Source: Neodothiora populina (lineage: Eukaryota). Taken from it: DNA of 64,000 bases. A program made the translations under genes and the position numbers. Shown piece after piece: positions 51,064-59,950 of the stretch (position 1 is the stretch's first letter; each line of letters starts with the position of its first letter). A model generated the notes under the pieces. The model saw nothing but the letters and a program-made list of their open reading frames with translations. It searched no databases and had not been told where the DNA came from. The DNA is taken from contig NW_027191413.1 in assembly GCF_041146345.1 (NCBI RefSeq), forward strand, positions 868,001 through 932,000, in the 5' to 3' direction.

Positions 51064-51906
51064 ATGTGGATCCTCCCTCTAGTGGGCTACCTAGGCCTAC
51101 TCCTAGGCTTCTGCTTCCTGACGCTCGCCATCGCCTCTGGGCTCTACTATCTATCAGAGCTCGTGGAAGAGCACTCGGTCTTCACCAAGAAACTGCTCAC
51201 CTACCTCATCTACGGCGTCGTCGTGATCCAGACGCTGTTGGCCCTGTTCGACAAGTTCCCCTGGGGTCTCTCGGCGCTCAGCGTCTTCAGTCATGTCGTG
51301 TATGCGCAGAACCTGCGGAGGTTCCCCGTGGTCAAACTCACTGATCCCGTGTTTCTCTCGTCGTGCGGTATGTAACCCTAGGCCCCTTTCTCATCATTGG
51401 CCCCGTCTCTCTTCATGCACAGAACCACTGACTGACACACACCCCCCTCCCCACCAGTCCTCGTCCTCCTGAACCACTGGCTCTGGTTCCGCCACTTCTC
51501 TGCTCCCCCGCCCATCAGGAGCTACGACTACTACTCGCCCTCGACCGAGAACCTGCCCAGCTTCACCGAGATAGCCGCGTTTTTCGGTCTGCAGGTGTGG
51601 ATGGTGCCTTTCGCTCTGTTCGTGTCTTTGTCCGCTGGCGAGAATGTCTTGCCCAGCATGGGGAGCGAGTACGCCACGGGAGCCGGCAGCAGCTTCATCA
51701 GTCCTGGAAAGTTGCCCGAGGGTGGTGGTGCCGGTGGTGAGGCCATGGCTTATCCTTCGTCTTCGTCGCAACAAGGCAGGAGGAAACGCTCGGGCACAAA
51801 TGCTGGCATGGCGAAGGCTGCTGTCAATGGCGTGCGGGAATGGATAGGCGAGACGGGAGAGCTGATGGGTCTCTGGAAAGGGGAAAAGACCAGGGCCTAT
51901 CTATAG
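51064..51906 (+). CDS. SVP26: Svp26/TEX261-family ER-Golgi cargo adaptor, 2 exons
   Basis: FLTLAIASGLYYLSELVEEHS, LNHWLWFRHF, FFGLQVWMVPFALFVSLSAGENVLPS. Confidence 0.92.
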
Positions 51907-52176
51907 CAGGTAGCTCGCATGGGTAATTTACATTGCATCTACAATAGCAAAAGAAAACGTTTCTCCTTCTTCACTCTACGCAAGAACTCACAAGGGCGGT
52001 GCGAGGTTAATAGTGCACTCATCTTTGTCTTTTGTACTTTCGATATGGAATTTTGAATCTTTTTGCTTGCTAAAGTATACAACTTGCTGTACAGGTGTGC
52101 AATGCAAACAATCCGTACGGCGCACCTGCCCCGCGCTCTCCTTCCTCCTCAACATTCGTTACGTTGCTTTCTCTCT

Positions 52177-53620
52177 CTACTGCTTCTCCATCGACTCGAG
52201 GATGGCACGGGTGAACTCGTGGGTGGTCGAGTTGCCGCCCATGTCACGGGTTCTGGTCTTGCCCTCGGCAATGACGTCGTAGACAGCCTTGGAGATTCTG
52301 TTGGCGTGGTCGTCGAGCCCGATGTGGCGGAGGAGCATGCTGCCGGAAAGGATGAGAGCGGTAGGGTTGGCCTGGTCCTTGCCCTTGATGTCGAGACCGA
52401 CGTGTCTGCAGCCGGGCTCGAAGACGGCGACATCGCGACCCATGTTGCATCCGGGAACGATTCCGGGACCACCGACAAGACCGGCACCGATGTTGGACAG
52501 GATACCACCGTAAAGGTTGGGCATGACCATGACGTCGAATTGTTGCGGGCGGCTGACACATTGCATGGAGGCGTTGTCGACAATCATGTCGTTGGTCTCG
52601 ATGGTGGGGTACTCCTCACCGACCTTCTTGATGGTGTTTCTGAAAAGACCATCGGCGAGCTTCATGATGTTGGCCTTGTGGATGCAGGTGACCTTCTTGC
52701 GGTTGTTGGCAAGAGCAAAGGAGAAGGCGAACTTGGCGATGCGCTCAGACTTGGCGCGGGTGATGATCTTGAGGGACTCGACGACGCCGTTGACCGACTG
52801 GTGCTCGAGGCCAGAGTATTCGCCCTCGGTGTTCTCACGGATGATGCAGAAGTCGACGTTCTTGTGGCGGGTCTCGTAGCCGGGGATGTTCTTGATGAGG
52901 ACAATCGAGGCGTAGATGTCGAGCTCCTGACGGAGAGCGACGTTGAAAGACTGGTGGCCAGAGCGCTCGACGGGGGTGTGGAGGATACCTAGAAGAAACG
53001 AATGCTTTGCTCAGCGAGACAGATACTCGACTCTTGCATCAAGAAGAGATGACCAACCCTTGAGACCGAGCTTGTTGCGCTTGAGGGAAGCAATTGACTC
53101 CCTGAAAAGCTCCTCGGAGTGCTTGTTGCCAGTCTCCATACCGGAGACATCGACCTGCTCCCACTCGATGGGCACGTTGTCGGCCTTGAAGATCTCCTTG
53201 ACTGACTCGGACACTTCCGCACCGACACCATCACCTAAGACTCGATCAGACTGTGCTCGTTTCGTTGGAGAGCTCTGCGCTGCGCAGGGCTGGCGTACCT
53301 GGGATGAGGGTGACTGTGTACTTCCCGCCGAACTTGGTGGGCTTGAAGATGTCCTGACCGACGGTCGCCATGGCTGTGGGGTTGATTTTGTCTCAGTACT
53401 CTTGCTCTTTCTGTCGGTTTGTATTTTTTTTTCTGAGCATGGAATGCCCGCGAGGGTTTACTGACACCTGGAGGTCATCGAGGGACCGCATCTCGAGGCG
53501 GGCTTTGCGCTGCGCAGAAGCGTCTGTTTCGGAGGGAGTGGTTAGTCGACCGCCTTGCCAGACTGAAGATAGGTGGGCATTGGGTACCTGCGCAGTCCTT
53601 TGTGGTGCCTTGGAGAACAT
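52177..53620 (-). CDS. IDH1: Mitochondrial NAD-dependent isocitrate dehydrogenase, subunit 1 (regulatory), multi-exon
   Basis: Presequence MFSKAPQRTAQ; GGKYTVTLIPG/DGVGAEV, SFNVALRQELDIYAS, RENTEGEYSG, HKANIMKLADG, MIVDNASMQCVSRPQQFDV, VFEPGCRHVG. Confidence 0.93.
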
Positions 53621-54502
53621 GGCGGGAGATGGATGAGAGGTTAATGGAGAAGGGAGGGAGAAAGTAGAGGTGAAAGACCAAAGGAGAAAGAGCGGAGAGT
53701 GGAGAGGATTGGATGCAAGCAATTGCTGGAAGGTGCAAGTTCAAGTCCGCGGTGAAACAGAAGAAAGTACGGACAGTACCTTCCCTCACCCGTCTTTCCT
53801 CGAAGTCTGTTGGCGCAGACCAGCGCGGGCGGACAGGGCAGGCAGGGCGATTCCGGAGGAGTCTTGGCTGTCCTCGTTCTCACATGCGGGAGGAACGGAT
53901 GGAGCATGCGGCAACAATTCTCGCGCCAAACCTTTATCAGATCGATCTGCCACCCAGCCAGTGCAGCCACCACGCAGCATGCACCATGGCAACACGTACA
54001 CTGTATAGATATGGACATATTGTATTCTACTACTACGTTCTCTACTCGCATCTGGCTCAGGGAATATTCCCCAACTCTTGCCACCTGCTTCTATGCAGAA
54101 TTGACATGGTGTATGGCCTCCGTACCTCACCTAAGGTACTTTAGCCTTGGCTTTTTGTCCACTACCCGACACCATCTCACAGATTATTGCCGCTGCTCCC
54201 TCCCCCGGCTTCTCCACGTCTACCCATCTGCAGATTACAGATACAGTAATAGGCAACGGACACGACCATAACATGTACTTCTTCCATGTCAGATCCAAAC
54301 AAGCATGCTGCACAGCTGTCGGTAATGTATAACTTGCATATAACAGTCCACGTTCTTTCCTTTCCAACGATCGTTGTGCTTCTTCGCCTGCCTGCTGCGG
54401 TGAGCAACTCCGCCAAGCCCAGACAACGAAGCGTCGTCCCTACGACATGACGCTACCATGTGCCTTTTCTTATTGTACACCACTTTGGGCGGGTTTTTTT
54501 TG

Positions 54503-55061
54503 TTATTGAGCACTGCTTCAGGATAAGAAATGAGCGCCACGCCTCTGGTCATGGTCCTGTGTTTCTTTCATCATGTTCTTTTGACTCGCAATATTCTTCG
54601 AACCAATCTGTCATGCTTGATAGTTTCGAGTCTGTTGTGTGCGATGGCTCTTCAGTATGTCTTTGGTCACCATGTCCACCTCAGCTGTCCACCCAATCCT
54701 TCCACAAGGTCAGTCCTCCAAGTACATACTTGACGGAGCTTGCACTCGAGTCTTGTTTCACAAGCGGCATTGTGTAGGTACTCATCCCGACTTTGTTCTG
54801 CTCTTATGGCATAGCGTAGCGACACATGCTGGAAGTTGTCCTCGCAAAGGCCAGGTTCACAAAGACCACCTCGTGCGCGACTCGATGACCATAGCATCTT
54901 ATTGATACCCGTTTTGGTTTCTCACCCTGCTTGCTGGTAGGTTATTGACAGACGATCCAATTTTCTTATTCACGGTTCTTTTGTTTATTCAGTCATGACA
55001 AGGAGAAAGCCAGAAGTGTTGCGTTCTCTTTATACCACATGCCCTTATTGACACCCATTTT
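54503..55061 (+). promoter_or_regulatory. Array of TTATTGA motifs (candidate MAT1-1-1/alpha1 sites) upstream of the pheromone precursor
   Basis: TTATTGA at 54503, 54899, 54942 and 55045. Two copies lie in CTTATTGA(T/C)ACCC(G/A)TTTT. Confidence 0.6.
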
Positions 55062-55087
55062 CACACATATGATATTTCCCTCGGGTC

Positions 55088-55095
55088 TATAAAAA
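55088..55095 (+). promoter_or_regulatory. TATA box of the repeat-peptide precursor gene
   Basis: TATAAAAA 180 bp upstream of the ATG, followed by a pyrimidine tract and an A/C-rich leader (acaacATG). Confidence 0.65.
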
Positions 55096-55267
55096 GTGGC
55101 CTTGACCATGTAACTTTTCTCTCACTCACCTACAAGTCATTCCTTACGAGATTACACGGGGTTCATATCACAGATTTCTTCGAGATCCATTCGAACGCCT
55201 TTATCACCATCATCATCACAAAAACACCCAAGAAACCAAACCTAAAAATCAACCAAAAGACGACAAC

Positions 55268-55975
55268 ATGAAGTTCAACGCCGTAGTCTTCGGTACCGCC
55301 CTCCTGGCCTCTTCCGTCATGGCCATCCCGGCTGCATCTGCAGAGCCTGGCCTCGTCCGTGCCGGCAAGTTCGGCAACTGGTGTGTTGCACCCGGCCAGA
55401 TGTGCTACAAGACCAAGCGTGACCTCGACGACGCGAAGACCATCATCGCCGCCGGCTTCGAGGCACCGAACCAGCAAGAGATCGAGAAGCGTGGCCTCGT
55501 CCGCGCCGGTCGTTTCGGCAACTGGTGTGTCGCCCCTGGCCAGATGTGTTACAAGAGCAAGCGCGACTACGACGAAGCCATCACCGACATCGCCGCTGGC
55601 TACGATGCTCCCCACCCCGACGAGATCGAGAAGCGTTCTGCTTCCCCCGAACCTAAGAAGGGTGGCCTCGTGCGCGCCGGCCGCTTCGGCAACTGGTGTG
55701 TCGCCCCAGGCCAAATGTGCTACAAGAGCAAGCGCGACCTCGACGAAGTCACCGACGCCATACTCGCCGGCTTCGAGGCTCCCACCCCAGACGAGATCGA
55801 GAAGCGCTCTGCTTCCCCTGAGCCCAAGAAGGGTGGCCTTGTCCGCGCCGGCAAGTTCGGCAACTGGTGCGTCGCTCCCGGCCAAATGTGCTACAAGAGC
55901 AAGCGTGACCTCGAAGTCGCCAAGAGCCATGTTGCGGTTGGCGACTACGCCCCTCTTCCCGAGGACTTTGAGTAG
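55268..55975 (+). CDS. ppg1: Secreted Kex2-processed repeat protein; alpha-factor-type pheromone precursor with 4 peptide copies
   Basis: Signal peptide MKFNAVVFGTALLASSVMA. Four copies of GLVRAG(K/R)FGNWCVAPGQMCYK(T/S)KR start at 55349, 55493, 55664 and 55835. KR Kex2 sites and X-A/X-P dipeptide runs are present. WCxxxGQxC matches filamentous-ascomycete alpha-pheromones. Confidence 0.85.
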   Translation: MKFNAVVFGTALLASSVMAIPAASAEPGLVRAGKFGNWCVAPGQMCYKTKRDLDDAKTIIAAGFEAPNQQEIEKRGLVRAGRFGNWCVAPGQMCYKSKRDYDEAITDIAAGYDAPHPDEIEKRSASPEPKKGGLVRAGRFGNWCVAPGQMCYKSKRDLDEVTDAILAGFEAPTPDEIEKRSASPEPKKGGLVRAGKFGNWCVAPGQMCYKSKRDLEVAKSHVAVGDYAPLPEDFE

Positions 55976-56811
55976 AGACTCGGCCCTACTGTTTCCGTCA
56001 TCGCTTTCGTCTACTTGGACATTTCCCCCCTTTGCATTGCCACCTCCTTTTTGCTATTGAGGTTGGCAGCCACTTGCTCCTTCTACTCGTCAACAGACGA
56101 ACACCGAGGGTTCTTTCATGAAGGCACCCTTTCCCCTCTGCGTGTACCACAATTTGGGATACACAGCTTCTGATTTGGAAAGTGTCCAAAAATTGGCAGT
56201 GGCGAGTCAGGATTCGGCAACGAGCTGGCTAGAAGTGGTTTGGTCTTTTTTTCCCGCATTTTGACTGGACGTGTCTCATGTCCATTTGTTTTTGGTTTTA
56301 TCATTACCTCCTCAAAGGGGGGTTTCTGCATACATTGCGTGTGTTTTCGTGCAGTGTTTCATTCATATATATCAAATATACATATTGCCAATGGTCTAGG
56401 GGCGGCCTCCTGGAACCATGGTACTGTTCCATGCTCTCATAGTCTGTCTGTCCGTGAAGTGTCCTTGATTCCAGTTTTCGATGTAAGAGCAAGCCTTCCG
56501 TAACATGGTGGCTCGAGAGGGGACGTATTTGAAATTGGATTTGTTAAATTTCGGAAATAACAAATGCAACACTAATTCTAGTTACTCGAATCAGGGATTC
56601 TGTATTCCTGGGATAATTCGCGAACAGCAAAGTAAGCTGCAGATACGAGTATGCAGCAGCGAGACTTTCCACAACGCCATGGCTATGCTATTTCCCGCCG
56701 AGAGAGTCGAACTGCCGAGTGAACGACGTTGCTCTCAGATGACAATGCCCTGGAAGACCAAAAGAACCATTCATAAAGTCGTAACACAAGCAGCAGGAAA
56801 ACCCAGTCCAT

Positions 56812-57480
56812 CTACTTCTCGGGCGCATCAGGCAATCTCTCGATGACATATTTGCCCTTTCCAACACTGATGATCGGCACACCAGGAATCTTACGAATCC
56901 TTCTCTTGAGATCCCTATCGTTGGTCGCAACAATATAAACCCGATGCTTCAGGACCCTGTCGACGATACAGTCGTCTGCGTACGTGCCCTTGTGGTCGCA
57001 CGGCAGCCGCTCCCAGCGCTCGTCGCGGGCGATGCGCAGCGCGATGCGGTACTTCTGACCTAGTTTTTCGAGCTCGGCCATGACGCAGGTGGTGATCATG
57101 GGGCGGCAGGTGGCGTACAGGCAGTCCATCATGGCGGGGAGCATTTCGAGTTTGTGGTGGACTGTCAGGGAGAGGAAGTTTGTGTCGACGAGGATGGAAT
57201 ACGGTGGTTGCAGCGCCGTGTTGTGCTGGAAGAACATGGACGAGGGGGCTTGGGGGCTGTAGAGGGTCGGCTGTTAGTTTTCCGATGCTTACTGATGGTG
57301 GTGGAGATGGTGATGGAACAAGGTGACATGCATTTCTCGCACGAGCTCGTCGTCCTTCTTTTTCTTCTTGCCTGCTGCGTCGTCGTCGCCTGTGACTTGA
57401 TTTTTCTTGAGGCGGGCATCGCGCTGGCCTATGACTCGCTTGACTGTGGCGAACTTGCGCGTCTTTTTCTGGACACCCAT
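56812..57480 (-). CDS. FCF1: rRNA-processing PIN-domain protein Fcf1/Utp24, 2 exons
   Basis: MGVQKKTRKFATVKRVIGQRDARLK; FFQHNTALQPPYSILVDTNF, CVMAELEKLG, CDHKGTYADDCIV, VATNDRDLKRRIRKIPGVPI. Confidence 0.95.
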
Positions 57481-58177
57481 TCTTGGATTTTCTTTTCTCT
57501 GATTATATGGGCAGTTGGGCAGGGAGAGGGAGAGAGTGGCGATGGAGCGCGAAAGGTCAAGTGTTGATCAGATGGTATATCATTTTATGAGATGCCAGTG
57601 GAACTTTGACTCTGCGGATTTGTCTCGTGCTTATCGATAAGGTCTGACTCTGATTATCCGTGCAAGCAATCAATTCTTATCCGACATGACACAATACCCT
57701 GCAGAGCTTGGCAGTGTTTTCCGTCCTGCGTGAAGACGGTCCAAATTTAGAAATAGTCCACGCTCCTCGGGCAACAGGCATCTCCGCCCGCATCCCGCAC
57801 CTGCGTGTGCTGCTTTCTTTGGACATTGTATAGAACCAGGTCATTATCGATGAACATTTTCTACAATCAACATCGGATTGACTTGCTGTCTCTCAGACAT
57901 TCAACAAGTCAGATTGCTTGCGGACTTTGCGAAAGAGTGTACACGTGTGTAGAATTACTTCAAGAAGACCGTTTGTCAACAGACGACGACTGCGCCAAGT
58001 CAGGGGACACGAGGCCGAGGGTCCTTCCTATTCTTTGCGCGCGACAACAGGGCAGGACCTCTTGTAATTCCAATTCTCTATTCTTCAACTTATCCAGCGA
58101 TACGCACAACTTCGTCACGGCGCATGATCCCTCACATTGAGCGGCAGACAAGGCCCACTAGGCACCTCTCTGGCAAC

Positions 58178-59446
58178 ATGAAGGCTTCCATCCTTCTCTT
58201 GTCCCTCGCCGCTTCTGTGGCGCTTGCCGCAGAAGCCACTCCGACAGTCTCGGTCGAGGCCAGACAACTCTCGGATTTGCCCGATCTCAGCACGGCGACG
58301 AGAAAAACATCGAGCGCCGCTGCCTCAAGTACCGGATCCAGCGACTCTGCATCTGCCACCGACTCTGCATCTGCCACCGACTCTGCCTCGAGCAGCGACT
58401 CCGATTCTGCCTCGAGTACAGGCTCTGCTACCACAGCATCCGATGCCTCGAAAACCGCCTCAGATGCCTCGTCCACGACGGATGCCAATTCTTCCAAGTC
58501 GTCGGCAGCATCCAACTCAGCAACTTCTGTTGCGCATCTGTCCAACCTGCCCACCATCGCCGGTGCTTCCATTCCTACCGTCGTCGTTCCTTTCACCGCA
58601 AGCGCGCCCTACATGCAGAAATCCACATACCCCGAAGGAACCGTCTTCATCTGCATCGGCGCCGTTCTGGGCTTCCTGGGTCTGTGTGTGTTGGCATGGC
58701 GCGCCATCATCGCCTACACAATCAACAAGTCTGTCAAGCGTGCCGCCCTCGCCTCCATCATGGCCTCAGACGCCAAGACCCCCGCATGGCTGGCCGCTGG
58801 AATGTCTATGAAGAAGGGCCCTGGAGGCAAGATGTACAAGCAACCCACCGATGCCTCGGAACTCTCTCTCGAAGCCTTGACTGCCAACGGCAAGAAGGTC
58901 GGCTCTCACCGTCTGAGCGCCCTCCCGACGCGCAAGGAGCAGAAGCGCGATCCTTCCGGTCTCTTCTTCTCGCCCACCGCTGCTCCACCAATGTCAGGCC
59001 TCAGCGGCGGCGCAAACAACAGAGCATCCACCTACTTGCCCGCGGGCTACTACGCCTCGCCTTCGGCCCACCCCGCAGGCGGCGCATCAACGACCACTCT
59101 CGGAGCAGGGCTCAACACCCGTCCTTACTCACGCGTGTCACCACCAGAGTCACCCAACGCCCGTCCTCACAGCTCCTACAACCGCAACTCGGCCGCAAGG
59201 GACGAATCAAGGAACAGAGGGTCTTTCGTCGGCAACACGAATGCAAACCGCATGTCGGCGCCCCTGCTCACCCCGACCTACGGCCACGGCGCATCACAGC
59301 CGTTGTACAGCCAGCCCAGCACCAGCAGTCTCGCCGTCGGCTTCGGCGCCGGCGAGGAGAGCGACCTTCCGGGCCAAAGGGCTCCGAGCGCCTATTTCGA
59401 CGAGGTCCTGGACAACCATGGTCATGGTCCGAGGGAGCGCTACTGA
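58178..59446 (+). CDS. Type I membrane protein with Ser/Thr/Asp-rich ectodomain (Csi2-like)
   Basis: Signal peptide MKASILLLSLAASVALA; S/T/A/D-rich stalk with DSASAT repeats; PYMQKSTYPEGTVFICIGAVLGFLGLCVLAWR TM; cytoplasmic SGLFFSPT and RAPSAYFDE motifs. Confidence 0.7.
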   Translation: MKASILLLSLAASVALAAEATPTVSVEARQLSDLPDLSTATRKTSSAAASSTGSSDSASATDSASATDSASSSDSDSASSTGSATTASDASKTASDASSTTDANSSKSSAASNSATSVAHLSNLPTIAGASIPTVVVPFTASAPYMQKSTYPEGTVFICIGAVLGFLGLCVLAWRAIIAYTINKSVKRAALASIMASDAKTPAWLAAGMSMKKGPGGKMYKQPTDASELSLEALTANGKKVGSHRLSALPTRKEQKRDPSGLFFSPTAAPPMSGLSGGANNRASTYLPAGYYASPSAHPAGGASTTTLGAGLNTRPYSRVSPPESPNARPHSSYNRNSAARDESRNRGSFVGNTNANRMSAPLLTPTYGHGASQPLYSQPSTSSLAVGFGAGEESDLPGQRAPSAYFDEVLDNHGHGPRERY

Positions 59447-59950
59447 GGAGCGCCTTTCTTTGGAATATTCCTGTGGTCGTCTGAGGATTTAATGCATGAG
59501 GGGAGAAGAACTGGAGTTATTCATTGCCCATGATGATGGGAAGAGAGAGGGACAGACTGCATTTGCATGTGCCGAAGAGAGGTGTTGTTTTTCGGCACGC
59601 TACCTTGCCTTTACTCTTTGCATGTATGTATGTATGTATGTATTTAGCCTTCTTTCCTGCGATGATCTGTACATAGATTTTGAAAAGAACAATCTTGTTC
59701 TTTTTCTTACGCTTCTTCCGATCATGTCCTTGTTGCACGTGAATCGTCTCTTATTCCCCCCTGAGTGATACAGGCACTGCACAAGTAAATCCGAGCAAAC
59801 AGCGAAGAAGTCCATTGCATTGTTCCTTCTTTCCATCTTTCGAACTGTCTATATACATGTACTTTTTGATTTCTCATTCCACCCCCTCCCCATCTCCCTC
59901 CCCTTTCCCAAAAGCAAGCAGCAAACCGGAACAAAGGAAGAACTCGTCCC

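Noticed and set aside
52063..52992. 309-aa plus-strand ORF
   Set aside because: Antisense shadow of the highly biased IDH1 exon.
55268..55975. Repeat precursor as a dikaritin/ustiloxin-type RiPP cluster
   Set aside because: I saw no DUF3328/UstYa oxidase, tyrosinase, methyltransferase or transporter nearby. The neighbours are housekeeping genes (IDH1, FCF1), and the core fits the alpha-pheromone pattern.
4547..55975. flbA/Sst2-type RGS, aminopeptidase and secretory genes as a mating cluster with the pheromone gene
   Set aside because: They are spread over 50 kb among unrelated genes, and no MAT, APN2 or SLA2 genes are present. Ape2 is an M1 peptidase, not the Ste13 dipeptidyl peptidase. Co-location is probably coincidental.
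55163..56060. Repetitive overlapping ORFs (255 aa minus strand, 233 aa plus strand)
   Set aside because: Alternative-frame shadows of the pheromone precursor repeats; no signal peptide or processing logic.
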